From contig JBEKZC010000004.1 of the NCBI GenBank assembly GCA_049510295.1, positions 4,224 to 68,223 of the forward strand: 64,000 bases of DNA, given 5' to 3'. Under the pieces are notes generated by a model. It made no database searches. It saw only the letters and a program-made list of their open reading frames with translations, and was not told the origin of the DNA. The DNA is from Verrucomicrobiota bacterium (GTDB lineage: Bacteria > Verrucomicrobiota > Verrucomicrobiia > Limisphaerales > UBA11358). Shown one piece after another: positions 35,701-44,330 of this stretch. Position 1 is the stretch's first letter. Every line of letters begins with the position of its first letter. Position numbers and translations under genes: made by a program.

Positions 35701-37098
35701 CCAGGGTTCCACATTATATACGTCGCTCCAATTGGCCACGGCAATCAGCTGGCCGGCGGGCAACTGGAGCGAGATGCTCGTGAGTTGTTGCACCCTGCCT
35801 GGCTGCCTCCACACCCGGCCGCCGAGCGACCGGAGGCTGGCCAGCGTCTGGTTGACGTTGGGCGAGTTGAACACTTGAACGGTCACATTGACCATCTGGT
35901 TGGAAGGCTGGCTCGAAGCGATTTCTTGCAATGAGGCCTCCAGCCGGTAATAAGGATGATAGGCATGATGGCCTGTGATGTAGGACCGGGTTGCCGCCAG
36001 TTTGTCCAGTCTGGCCAGGCTCTGCAAATTTCCCCACACGACGTACCCATTGGCAGGAATGTACCAGACTGTCTGCACCCCCGTGTTCTTCAGCTCGGAC
36101 AGCCAGGCATTCTGAATCGGGCCGGCGTATTGCACCATCCAAAATTGAAAGCCATTTGTGCGCGCCTCACTCAGGTTGGGCGGAATGCCCGGCTCGCCCG
36201 TCTGAGTGTTGATCTGAAGCCCGCCTCGAAGAGGCATCGCGTCGAAATCATAGCGGATGGTCACGCTGGGCGCGTTCAACAGCGCTGGTGGAGCCTGGCT
36301 GGCCGTCACGCTCCAGAGCGAAAAAGCGGTGTAATTGGCGAGGTTGACGGCTCCACTCGCGGCCAGTTGACTGGTCCGGTTGGTGTCGGTTCTGTCAACC
36401 AGGATCTTGTGCGCAAGATTCGTCTCTATAATGGCGCTCAGGTTCATGCCGAACACAACGTCCGGGTTGGTGGGTGTAGTCTGGTGAACTTCCACCGCCA
36501 CTACATTGTCACCCTGGACAAGACTTCCAGTTGAAAAAGTCAAGGGCTGCACCTCTTCTCCGGACGACGCGCTGGCAGCAGGAGTTTGATCGGTGACAAC
36601 CCCATCTGGCATCCGCAACCGCCCGACCTCCGTTCCATTCAGGTAAAACACTGCCCCGTCGGCCACGTAATTGGACGCAATCAGCGCGAAACCGACAGTA
36701 TTGGCGGGGAGCGTGAAATGAGTCCTGAAGTAATGCGTAATCCGGCCTCCTTCAGGTGTCAGCCTGGTTCGAATCGATACCGGGTATGGGTGGCGCACGT
36801 CGGTGTAATGGCCGAAAAAACCTGATCCCTGCTGCCAGGCGGAATCGTCATACACAGCACTCCTCCACACAGTGCCCTTGCCGGCACTTGGTTTCAGGCG
36901 GATTAGTTCTTCAGGCTTTCCGCTCGTGGTTTGACTATCGTCGTATCGCCAGGAATTCGTGAAATTGAGCAATTCGCCAGCGTTGGCATTGGGTGTCATG
37001 AAAACAAGACAAGAAACCAACGCCACAAACATCCTGACAACTATTATTGTAACAATGTTCCATTTGTTTTTTATCATATGGTACCTATGGTGGCTCAT
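32731..37098 (-). CDS. Secreted subtilisin-like serine protease (peptidase S8) with large N- and C-terminal extensions
   Basis: 1455 aa with a signal/TM N-terminus. Asp region VDVVDDGVDNG, His region GLQGHGNLNAGIVAA, Ser region CSGTSQATPAVAGSASLIYE. Confidence 0.8.
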   Translation of the reverse strand: MSHHRYHMIKNKWNIVTIIVVRMFVALVSCLVFMTPNANAGELLNFTNSWRYDDSQTTSGKPEELIRLKPSAGKGTVWRSAVYDDSAWQQGSGFFGHYTDVRHPYPVSIRTRLTPEGGRITHYFRTHFTLPANTVGFALIASNYVADGAVFYLNGTEVGRLRMPDGVVTDQTPAASASSGEEVQPLTFSTGSLVQGDNVVAVEVHQTTPTNPDVVFGMNLSAIIETNLAHKILVDRTDTNRTSQLAASGAVNLANYTAFSLWSVTASQAPPALLNAPSVTIRYDFDAMPLRGGLQINTQTGEPGIPPNLSEARTNGFQFWMVQYAGPIQNAWLSELKNTGVQTVWYIPANGYVVWGNLQSLARLDKLAATRSYITGHHAYHPYYRLEASLQEIASSQPSNQMVNVTVQVFNSPNVNQTLASLRSLGGRVWRQPGRVQQLTSISLQLPAGQLIAVANWSDVYNVEPWISPTLQDEVQGQIVAGNVVTSGVNIVPQPTTNATYTPYRLWLVSKGFPLNPTNYPIVDVVDDGVDNGQAASPGHPDFYYFGITNNASRIAYIGSLTSDPLGDGLQGHGNLNAGIVAAYDTGTLSPDSIDTNGYNIGMGISPLGRVAGTKIFGNTGDYTSQSDAGVVGYSYGHGAGLTSDSWGASTYGVYNAEDQAYDSLTRNASNSSPAALHEMLDVFAAGNDGNNTMTPAPPSTVASPGSAKNVLTVGATENVRVVPPVYGNGNCWPDTASNADNVAYFSERGPTADGRYKPDIMAPGTKIQGLASQDPGYNGGSVCLQYYPPGQTWYAMCSGTSQATPAVAGSASLIYENYHNLLSYQNEGNPTTPSPAMLKALVINSARYMASGNYGTDTLPSDNFGWGDVDLGLAFDGLPRLLVDQTQIFNSSGSSYTYPGTLSVYDTTKPLRVTLVWSDAPGNTTGNAYVNDLNLTVTAGGTYLGNVFSGQYSTPGGSADTKNNVENVFLPAGVTNPITVTVTANNLAAGAIPGNTNPVNQDFALVIYNAIQATTPVADVYIRDDAADNGTEPNPNYVNNTANMWESPDIWNRLDPAPDSTQTYEQPEYGVDNYINVHLWNHGTTRVPTSVTATGVVKLYWAYGSSSLSWPNQWNWFADIPTTVPANSDQIVNILWHPPSTGHICIMAQWVSGQDPLHAQLTSDVNFNTGENNNIAWRNMEIVTAPPNTPIIYSFIMRNPVGSGTSAVVYNLRLRALPTTKSDTFLGKGQIFFDLGPTLHQRWLRAGAQGTGFKLVTDRQTSIIGSSTFSVGDLVNLPSLASRLKQPADAVSLYLKGRLSAATLKTLAKYQGTDHDPSSQTALVKDFNRIIRGQSIYDAQRFAGVVLRPETQLLLTQNPEGDDLLRLNRLLLEDAYPMEISRSRIVFQVLNAAGTYIKGIPINPGEDVMVNLKFISQTKQARVFKVDATQMTVSNTTIGGMTCLVNTGPKHRAH

Positions 37099-37523
37099 TT
37101 ATAAATGCTAAATACGTTATCAACCGACGGCCCAAAACTGAAGGCGCAGCCCTCATTATCGACAACTGTGCCGCTCACGCAGTTCATGCGGCACCAAGGC
37201 CACCAAAGCTTCAGCACTACCTCGTTCAAAGTGTTCCCCTTGGTGGGAATCCGAAATTCCTTTTCGGTCTTCTCCATGTGCAGCTTGAAGGTCTCATGCG
37301 GGAGACAACGGACGAATTGAAACGGGGGAAAATTGATCAGAAGAGAGATAATTCTTGCCTGCCAGCCTTGTATACGCATCAGCCGTTCGCCTAAATCCCT
37401 TCGTCTTTTACTTTTCATGCCTAGCCCCATGACACGCCCAAAACATGATGCCTCAAAGGCGAATTCCTTTTTACACTGCTCGAAAAATAATGCAAGAACT
37501 TTTCTAATAATTCGATTTGTCAC
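37095..37523 (-). CDS. Hypothetical protein, translationally coupled to the S8 protease
   Basis: 142-aa ORF whose stop overlaps the S8 start (ATGA). No motif recognised. Confidence 0.35.
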   Translation of the reverse strand: MTNRIIRKVLALFFEQCKKEFAFEASCFGRVMGLGMKSKRRRDLGERLMRIQGWQARIISLLINFPPFQFVRCLPHETFKLHMEKTEKEFRIPTKGNTLNEVVLKLWWPWCRMNCVSGTVVDNEGCAFSFGPSVDNVFSIYK

Positions 37524-37617
37524 GATAATGATACATTCCTGTTACCGACTCGGCGGATAAAAGCCAAAAACCATGCTGTAATCTATGGCCTCTACGGGGG
37601 CGCTGGATAAGGTAACT

Positions 37618-37964
37618 GCCTTTCACAAAAAGGCAACGACTCGGGGTTCGTTGCCTTTGGCTGTTTTGGGCATTATTTCGCCAGTTTCTCGAACGGGTTA
37701 TAGCCCAGATACGCAACGATTCGAGCGTGATAGGGAGCGGTTGGAAACAGCCTATCGCATTCCCAAAGACTCAGAGACCTTGCGCTAACCCCTAGTATTT
37801 GAGCGGCTTCCGATTGCCGGATTCCCGCGCCAAACCGTTTCTTCTTGAGATGTTGGCCGAGGGTCGTAGGCTCCTTTGCAATTGGAAAACTGCGAGTCCA
37901 AACAGGTGCAACGTCTTTGCGCGGCACGCTCACAAGCCCGTCGCAAAAAGGCAACATCGCGCAC
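37618..37964. repeat. HTH1 unit copy 2
   Basis: Near-identical to copies 1 and 3; includes the hairpin at 37629..37658. Confidence 0.85.
37673..37957 (-). CDS. Small XRE-like HTH protein, HTH1 copy 2
   Basis: 94 aa: MLPFCDGLVSVPRKDVAPVWTRSFPIAKEPTTLGQHLKKKRFGAGIRQSEAAQILGVSARSLSLWECDRLFP.. Confidence 0.65.
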   Translation of the reverse strand: MLPFCDGLVSVPRKDVAPVWTRSFPIAKEPTTLGQHLKKKRFGAGIRQSEAAQILGVSARSLSLWECDRLFPTAPYHARIVAYLGYNPFEKLAK

Positions 37965-38080
37965 CGACTTTATTGAGGTCAGTTGTATGAACTTGTGATT
38001 GCATGCTGTTTTTATTGAATCACTTGCAAAACCTCTCAAACAGGCAACGTTCGGGGGAGGTTTCAGAAATTCCACATTTC
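37965..38080. repeat. Junction right-arm repeat (module C start)
   Basis: Homologous to 28860..28972. It overlaps the 3' end of HTH2. Confidence 0.7.
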
Positions 38081-38421
38081 CAACAGTATGAATCGGGGCT
38101 TCGTTTTCTCGGAACCGGCACAGGTGGTGTGTAGCCAAGAAATTCCCGAATCTTCTTTGTCATCCTGCGCGATGGAGGGGTGATACCGCGCTCCCAATTG
38201 CTGACCGATGCGGAAGAAATTCCAATCTTTGCGGCAACGTCTGATTGCAACCAGTGCAATTCCAGGCGGTGTTTTTTGATTTGCTCGCCGAGTGTCTGTG
38301 GCTGTACCGGAATTCGCTGGTTCAATTTCCAATGCCGTGGGTATGGCCGGCGTGGCCGGGAAGTCTGAACAGGACAGAGCGAGAGAAGGAGCAGTATGTT
38401 TTTTATATGGAGTGGTTGCAT
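38020..38421 (-). CDS. XRE-like HTH protein, HTH2 (distant paralogue of HTH1)
   Basis: 133 aa: ..QPQTLGEQIKKHRLELHWLQSDVAAKIGISSASVSNWERGITPPSRRMTKKIREFLGY.. Only a 3' relic of the equivalent gene remains in module B (28950-28972). Confidence 0.6.
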   Translation of the reverse strand: MQPLHIKNILLLLSLCPVQTSRPRRPYPRHWKLNQRIPVQPQTLGEQIKKHRLELHWLQSDVAAKIGISSASVSNWERGITPPSRRMTKKIREFLGYTPPVPVPRKRSPDSYCWKCGISETSPERCLFERFCK

Positions 38422-38562
38422 AAATTATCATGCAACCATCACTATTCCTGAGACGACTTCTAGTGAGAATTTAAAACAGCTTCGGTGATGGCGCTCTATT
38501 TTTCTGGCGCAGACATCAAAAAAAGAGTAATGTTCTAATGGATTCCAAAGGTGTAGTTTTCG

Positions 38563-41500
38563 GTGGCTCGGAGAATAAAATCTGTTACTCCGCTGCCCAA
38601 TGAACCACGGGATATTGAAGTTGTTTTGCAAGATGGCGAGCTGAATTTGCAACGGGGAGATGCCGCTGCCAGCTTGGCAATAACTAGACACCAGGGTATG
38701 TGGCAAGTGTTGAAAACTGTGGTTGCGATGAGCGTGGCCGATGTTGTTGGCTTCGGGGCAAAATTACGCACCCTGGGGGTGATGTCTTTAGCCGGTTGCC
38801 AGCGGCAAACCATTCCCGCGCTGTTCCTCCTCCTGTTCACGCCGGTCACGGCCTTTGGCGAAAACCTGCCACCCCAATCAATCCGGGTTGTGGTGGACAA
38901 CAATTACCCGCCTTATGTGTTTCAGGACAATGACGGGAAGTTGCAGGGGATACTGATTGATCAATGGCGGCTCTGGGAGAAAAAGACGGGCATCAAGGTC
39001 GAGATTCAGGGCATGGATTGGAGCGAAGCACTCCGTCGCATGGAGGCCGGTGAGTTCGATGTGATCGACACCGTTTTCAAGACCGAGGCGCGAAGCGCCT
39101 TCCTCGATTTTTCGAAACCGTATACCCGGATTGAAGTGCCGATTTTCTTCCAAAGAGACATCTCCGGCATCACTGACCTGAAGTCGCTCACAGGATTCCC
39201 CGTCGCCGCCAAGGCGGGAGATGCCGCCATCGACCTGCTCAAACAGAATGACATTACCACAGTGCTGCTGTTCAACAACTATGAGAGTATCGTCAAGGCC
39301 GCGCAACAGCGCAAAGTCAACGTGTTTGTCGTAGATGCTCCGCCGGCGCTTTATTTTCTCAACAAACTGGACATCGGGACCCAGTTCAGACGCTCAGCGC
39401 CAATCAACGTGGGTGAATTTCATCGGGCGGTAAGGAAAGGAAATACCGCCCTGCTAAAAACAGTTGAAGCAGGCTTTGCCGCCATCACGCCCGGTGAATT
39501 GAAACAGATCGAGGAGAAATGGTACGGGACAACCCTCGCCGGCGGTTTTTATTTGCGCTACCTGGGATACGTTGCGACCGCAGGGGTGCTGTTCGTTTTG
39601 GTTTTGCTCGGTTGGAACCGCGCGCTCAGCCGGGAGGTCAAAAAACGGGCGACCGCTTTGCAGGAGAGCGAGGTGCAATTCCGGCTCATCATGGAGAACC
39701 TGGCGGACATGGTGGCCGTGCTTGATTTGGACGGAAACCGCTTTTACAACAGCCCCTCCTACCGGGCCATCCTGGGCGACCCGGACAAGCTGCGTGGGTC
39801 GTCCTCTTTCACTGAAATCCACCCGGAAGATCGGGAACGGGTTGAACAAGTGTTTCGGGAGACAGTCCGGACGGGCGTCGGACAGCGTCTGGAATACCGC
39901 TTACTGGACCAGGCTGGCCAGGCGCGTCAGATTGAATCCCAAGGCAGCGTGATTCGAGACGGCCAGGGAAAAGTCTCCAAAGTGGTGGTCGTGTCCCGCG
40001 ACGTGACCGAGCGCAAGCGGGCGGAGATTCGCATTCAATACCTTAACCGGGTCTATGCCATGTTGGGCGACATCAACCAGACCATCGTGCGGGTGCGTGA
40101 CCAGCAGGAATTATTTACCACCGCCTGCCGCATCGCGGTTGAAACCGGAAGATTTCGCTTGGCGTGGATTGGCCGGCTGGATCCAACCTCCCGGAAGATT
40201 GAACCGGTCGCCCACACCGGTGTGAACGAAGGTTACCTGGAGCAATTGAACATCGTGCTCGGTGAGAATATCAACGCCGACGGCCCGACGGCCACCGCAG
40301 TGCGCTGTGGCAAACACATGGTCTGTAATGACATCGAGCACGACCCGCGCATGGGCTCGTGGCGGGAAGAGGCATTGCGGCGCGGCTATCGCGCTTCGGC
40401 GGCGTTCCCGCTCAAGGTCGGCGGCCGGATCATCGGCGCTTTTAACCTCTACGCCAGTGAACCGGGGTTTTTCGACGAGGATGAACTGCGTCTGCTGGAT
40501 GAACTGGCGACAGACATTTCCTTTGCCATGGAAGTAAATCAGCGCGAAGTAGAACGCCGACAAGCGGAGGATGAGTTGCGCTGGAGGACGGCTTTCTTTG
40601 AAGCCGAAGTGGATTCCTCCCTTGACGGCATATTGGTGGTGGACAGTCAGGGAAAGAAAATTATCCAGAATGAGCGGATGAACGAATTATTGAAAATTCC
40701 CAGGCATATTGCCGAGAACAAGGATGATGCCCAGCAGCTCCAGTTCGTCACAAACCAGACTAAAAACCCCAAGCAGTTCATCGAGAAAGTGGCCTACCTT
40801 AATTCCCATCCGGATGAGGTCAGCCAGGACGAGCTGGAATTGGTTGATGGAACGATCCTGGAAAGATATTCGTCGCCCGTCCGGGACAAAGCTGGAAAAT
40901 ATTACGGAAGAATCTGGACCTTCCGCGACATCACCAAGAGCCGGAAGCTGGAAGCCCAATTCCGCCAGTCCCAGAAAATGGAAGCCTTTGGCCAGCTGGC
41001 CGGCGGTGTGGCCCACGACTTCAACAACATCCTGACCGTGATTCACGGCAATGCCTCCCTGATGTTTGACGAACAATTGAAGCCCGCTGAACGAACCGAC
41101 TGCGTGCACCAGGTCGTCCAAGCCGCCGAGCGCGCCGCCAGCCTGACCCGCCAATTGCTCCTGTTCAGCCGCAAGCAGGCCATGCAACCGGCCAACCTGG
41201 ATTTGACCGAGGTGGTGGGCGGCATGACGAAGATGCTTAAGCGCATCCTGGGCGAGGATATTGCCTTGCAGACCGATTTCGCGCCGGATTTGCCGCCCGT
41301 GTTTGGCGATGCCGGCATGATCGAGCAGGTGCTTTTGAACCTGGCCGTCAACTCCCGCGACGCCATGCTCCGGGGCGGCCGATTGACCATCACCACCGGA
41401 GCGGAAATGGTGGAACAAAAGCAGGCGCTGCAAAATCCCGACTCTTCGCCCGGATTGCACATCTGGCTGGCGGTCAGCGACACCGGTTGCGGGATCGCCC

Positions 41501-42102
41501 CGGAAAATCTGCCGCGCATCTTTGAACCCTTTTTCACCACCAAAGAGGTAGGCAAGGGCACCGGCCTTGGACTGGCCACCGTTTATGGCATCGTACAACA
41601 ACATCATGGCTGGATTACCGTGACCAGCGAAATCGGCAAAGGCACCACGGTTCGTGCTTATTTTCCTGCCGCGACCGGCGCAAAGGCCAACGAAAAAAAT
41701 GTATCGGCCGTGTCACAACCGCCGTGCGGCCAGGAAACCATTCTGGTCGTCGAAGATGATTTGTCGGTCCGCCTGCTGACGACCCTCCTTCTGCAACGCT
41801 GCGGCTACAATATCTTGCAAGCTGACTCGGGAACGGCGGCGCTGGAAATATGGCGGGAGCACAAGGGGCAAATCCAACTTCTGTTGACGGACATGGTCAT
41901 GCCGGGCGGTTTGACGGGCCGGGAACTGGCCGAACAGCTCGGCCGGGAACAAAGCGGACTGAAGGTCATTTACATCAGCGGTTACAGCCTAGAGTTCACC
42001 AAAAAAGAACTTTCCCTGATCGAAGGGCGAAATTTTCTTCAGAAGCCGTTCTCCTCGCTCAAGCTGGCACAAACCGTGCGCGACGCCCTGGATGCCAAAT
42101 AA
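38563..42102 (+). CDS. Hybrid sensor histidine kinase (periplasmic SBP-3-like domain, PAS, GAF, PAS, HisKA, HATPase and receiver)
   Basis: The track ORF starts at a GTG at 38563; the more likely start is Met at 38782 ([26 protein letters not shown]). H-box [15 protein letters not shown]-box [12 protein letters not shown]-boxes [21 protein letters not shown], receiver [22 protein letters not shown]. Confidence 0.85.
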   Translation: MARRIKSVTPLPNEPRDIEVVLQDGELNLQRGDAAASLAITRHQGMWQVLKTVVAMSVADVVGFGAKLRTLGVMSLAGCQRQTIPALFLLLFTPVTAFGENLPPQSIRVVVDNNYPPYVFQDNDGKLQGILIDQWRLWEKKTGIKVEIQGMDWSEALRRMEAGEFDVIDTVFKTEARSAFLDFSKPYTRIEVPIFFQRDISGITDLKSLTGFPVAAKAGDAAIDLLKQNDITTVLLFNNYESIVKAAQQRKVNVFVVDAPPALYFLNKLDIGTQFRRSAPINVGEFHRAVRKGNTALLKTVEAGFAAITPGELKQIEEKWYGTTLAGGFYLRYLGYVATAGVLFVLVLLGWNRALSREVKKRATALQESEVQFRLIMENLADMVAVLDLDGNRFYNSPSYRAILGDPDKLRGSSSFTEIHPEDRERVEQVFRETVRTGVGQRLEYRLLDQAGQARQIESQGSVIRDGQGKVSKVVVVSRDVTERKRAEIRIQYLNRVYAMLGDINQTIVRVRDQQELFTTACRIAVETGRFRLAWIGRLDPTSRKIEPVAHTGVNEGYLEQLNIVLGENINADGPTATAVRCGKHMVCNDIEHDPRMGSWREEALRRGYRASAAFPLKVGGRIIGAFNLYASEPGFFDEDELRLLDELATDISFAMEVNQREVERRQAEDELRWRTAFFEAEVDSSLDGILVVDSQGKKIIQNERMNELLKIPRHIAENKDDAQQLQFVTNQTKNPKQFIEKVAYLNSHPDEVSQDELELVDGTILERYSSPVRDKAGKYYGRIWTFRDITKSRKLEAQFRQSQKMEAFGQLAGGVAHDFNNILTVIHGNASLMFDEQLKPAERTDCVHQVVQAAERAASLTRQLLLFSRKQAMQPANLDLTEVVGGMTKMLKRILGEDIALQTDFAPDLPPVFGDAGMIEQVLLNLAVNSRDAMLRGGRLTITTGAEMVEQKQALQNPDSSPGLHIWLAVSDTGCGIAPENLPRIFEPFFTTKEVGKGTGLGLATVYGIVQQHHGWITVTSEIGKGTTVRAYFPAATGAKANEKNVSAVSQPPCGQETILVVEDDLSVRLLTTLLLQRCGYNILQADSGTAALEIWREHKGQIQLLLTDMVMPGGLTGRELAEQLGREQSGLKVIYISGYSLEFTKKELSLIEGRNFLQKPFSSLKLAQTVRDALDAK

Positions 42103-42294
42103 GTCTGTCCGGGCAAAGCGGACTTAATCTTTGAAAATCTGATGGATTCCAAGTCGCTCTTCCTGACCCCAGACACGGAACATTCATAGAATTGGCGGTT
42201 TGGAAGGGTGGCGAATCCACCCTTATAACCCTGGTCACCAGATGGCAAAAGGGGTGCAAAAACGACAGGATTCGTACCCTCATATCGGATGACC

Positions 42295-42641
42295 GCCTTT
42301 CACAAAAAGGCAACGACTAGGGATTCGTTGCCTTTGGCTGTTTTGGGCCTTATTTCGTTGACTTCTTGAAAGGGTCATAGCCTAGATACGCAACGATTCG
42401 GGCGTAATAGGGAGCGGTTGGAAACAGCCTGTCGCATTCCCAAAGACTCAGAGACCTTGCGCTAACCCCTAGTATTTGAGCGGCTTCCGATTGCCGGATT
42501 CCCGCGCCAAACCGTTTCTTCTTGAGATGTTGGCCGAGGGTCGTAGGCTCTTTTGCGATTGGAAAACTGCGAGTCCAAACCGGGGCTACGTCTTTGCGCG
42601 GCACGCTCACAAGCCTGTCGCAAAAAGGCAACATCGCGCAC
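42295..42641. repeat. HTH1 unit copy 3, truncated at the comM junction
   Basis: Near-identical to copies 1 and 2 up to ..aacatcgcgcac. comM sequence follows instead of the cgacttt.. arm. It includes the hairpin at 42306..42335. Confidence 0.85.
42350..42634 (-). CDS. Small XRE-like HTH protein, HTH1 copy 3
   Basis: ATG at 42634 (MLPFCDRLVSVPRKDV..). The track ORF adds 3 codons from a GTG at 42643 that lies in comM DNA. Confidence 0.65.
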   Translation of the reverse strand: MLPFCDRLVSVPRKDVAPVWTRSFPIAKEPTTLGQHLKKKRFGAGIRQSEAAQILGVSARSLSLWECDRLFPTAPYYARIVAYLGYDPFKKSTK

Positions 42642-43113
42642 ACCTGACGGCAAAATGCCGCACGAATCGAGAAGCTCGCCGCGTGAAATCCAGAATTATC
42701 TGGGCCGGATTTCGGGACCGTTGCTCGACCGGATTGATTTGCACGTGGAAGTGCCGCCGGTGAAATTCCGGGAAATCGCCGGCGACCGCACGGGTGAAAC
42801 CTCGGCGCAAATCCGTGAGCGCGTCGTGGCCGCGCGCCGCCGCCAGCACGAACGGTTCAAGTCCAAACCGAAGATCACCTGCAATGCCCGGATGGGCACG
42901 CGCGAATTAAAGCAATGCTGCGAACTGGATGAGGGGACGAAGGAACTGCTGAAAAACGCAATGGCCGATTTGAATTTGAGCGCCCGGGCCTACGACCGGA
43001 TTTTGAAGGTGGCGCGGACGATTGCGGATCTGGCCGGCTCGGAAAAAATCCTGAGCGACCACATTTCCGAAGCGATTCAATATCGTTCCCTCGACCGGCA
43101 GATTTGGAGCTGA
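42642..43113 (+). pseudogene. comM: comM/yifB fragment 3 (C-terminal part)
   Basis: ..PDGKMPHESRSSPREIQNYLGRISGPLLDRIDLHVEVPPVKFREI..LNLSARAYDRILKVARTIADLAGSEKILSDHISEAIQYRSLDR.. is the Mg-chelatase C-terminal domain. The upstream part of track ORF 42553.. is antisense HTH1. Confidence 0.85.
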
Positions 43114-43168
43114 ATAATTTCAAAGGATTTGTCGTTCCGGATTGTCCTACTTGGTAAAAGAAAGCCGC

Positions 43169-43729
43169 ATGGGCGACACGGATGAAGATAAGGTCTGGGT
43201 GTTGCAGAGCCGGAATGGCGATCCTGCGGCTTTTGAAGCACTCATTCGCACGCATCAACGCATGATCCATTCGCTCACTTTTCGCATGACGGGCTCCATG
43301 GAAGACGCCGAGGACCTGGCGCAGGAAGCCTTTATCCGCGCCTACCGGCAATTGGATTCCTATCAGGGCACGGCGAAGTTTTCGTCCTGGCTTTATCGCA
43401 TTGCGGTCAACGCCTGCTTGAACTGGCGGCAGCGGGAAATGCGCCGCGAACAAGTTTATGCCAGTTGGGCTGAGTCAAATGATGCCCTGCGATCGGGGCC
43501 GGAACCCTTGGCCGGCGAGGATGCTCCTGGCCGGGAGGTGCAATCGGCCCTGATGAAGCTGCCGGCCAAGCAACGCGCCGCCATCGTGTTGACTGTTTAT
43601 GACGGGCATAACCATGCCGAAGCGGCGAAAATCCTGGGTTGTTCCGAAACGACGGTTTCTTGGCGGGTGTTTGCCGCGCGCCGGAAGTTGAAACGATGGC
43701 TGAGCGCCAAAGGAGGTCGGAATGAATGA
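43169..43729 (+). CDS. ECF (group 4) RNA polymerase sigma factor
   Basis: ATG at 43169. Region 2: ..DAEDLAQEAFIRAYRQLDSYQG..FSSWLYRIAVNACLNWRQ. Region 4: ..LPAKQRAAIVLTVYDGHNHAEAAKILGCSETTVSWRVFAARRKLK. Confidence 0.85.
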   Translation: MGDTDEDKVWVLQSRNGDPAAFEALIRTHQRMIHSLTFRMTGSMEDAEDLAQEAFIRAYRQLDSYQGTAKFSSWLYRIAVNACLNWRQREMRREQVYASWAESNDALRSGPEPLAGEDAPGREVQSALMKLPAKQRAAIVLTVYDGHNHAEAAKILGCSETTVSWRVFAARRKLKRWLSAKGGRNE

Positions 43730-44321
43730 TTTAGACCTGGACAAAAAACTGAAGGCCGCGCGGGTTCCGGCGCGGGACGAAGATTATTGGGAATCATTTC
43801 CGAGGCTGGTATCGGCAAAGCTGCGCTCGACTCCGGCGGAGCGTCCGGCGGTTGAATGTCATTGGCTGCCCCGGCTGGCGTGGGTCGGCGGCATCGCTTT
43901 CGCCTGCCTGATGATTGGTTTCGCCGTTGGCCATTGGCGTGGCCGGGTGGAAAAGAGCGATCCTTACGCATTGCTGCAAAATGAAAAGGCGCTGCGCGAA
44001 GTGTTGACGCTTTTTCCCAACCGCGTCCGGGCCATCGTTCAGGATGAACACGGGGTGCAACTGGTGCTGGCCGACCAAGCCGACGTGCCGGCCTCGACAC
44101 CGATTTATGTTCACATCTGCAATGGCAAACAATGTTCATCGCTGGTGACTTTCAGCGGCCAGGAACTCGAAATCGCCGGGCAGAAGGTCACCATCCTTTC
44201 GGATGCGCAAGGCAGCGTGATAGTAGCGGGAAGCCGGTTTGCCTGGTCGAGCGACCAGCTGACCAGCACGAGCGGTGCCTTGAAGATTGAAGCCAAGGCT
44301 TTGAATTCGATAACGCTGTAA
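43722..44321 (+). CDS. Putative anti-sigma factor (single-pass membrane protein)
   Basis: Overlaps the sigma gene stop by 8 nt. It has one TM span (LAWVGGIAFACLMIGFAVG). The call rests on position and topology only. Confidence 0.5.
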   Translation: MNDLDLDKKLKAARVPARDEDYWESFPRLVSAKLRSTPAERPAVECHWLPRLAWVGGIAFACLMIGFAVGHWRGRVEKSDPYALLQNEKALREVLTLFPNRVRAIVQDEHGVQLVLADQADVPASTPIYVHICNGKQCSSLVTFSGQELEIAGQKVTILSDAQGSVIVAGSRFAWSSDQLTSTSGALKIEAKALNSITL

Positions 44322-44330
44322 CTGAAAATC

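Larger units (their letters stand above)
28860..37964. mobile_element. Module B of the array (RiPP-like cluster, IS debris, S8 subtilase, HTH1 unit)
   Basis: Bounded by the two attP-like junctions. Confidence 0.5.
22758..42641. mobile_element. 19.9-kb recombinase-less insertion in comM; apparent tandem array of three cargo modules
   Basis: Both comM flanks rejoin in frame across it. There are internal attP-like junctions at 28858/9 and 37963/4. I recognised no integrase or transposase catalytic domain inside it. Confidence 0.7.
37965..42641. mobile_element. Module C of the array (HTH2, hybrid sensor kinase, HTH1 unit)
   Basis: Bounded by internal junction 2 and the comM attR. Confidence 0.5.

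Noticed and set aside
33376-36534. Long plus-strand ORFs (33376..34416, 35956..36534 and others) inside the S8 protease gene
   Set aside because: They are antisense shadow ORFs with low-complexity Arg/Gly/Val-rich products. The minus strand carries the full D-H-S subtilase triad.
40687-41607. 306-aa minus-strand ORF inside the histidine kinase gene
   Set aside because: It is antisense to the HisKA/HATPase region, which has unambiguous H, N and G boxes.
42553-42641. Upstream part of track ORF 42553..43113
   Set aside because: This stretch is the antisense of HTH1 copy 3. ComM homology starts only at the junction (42642).
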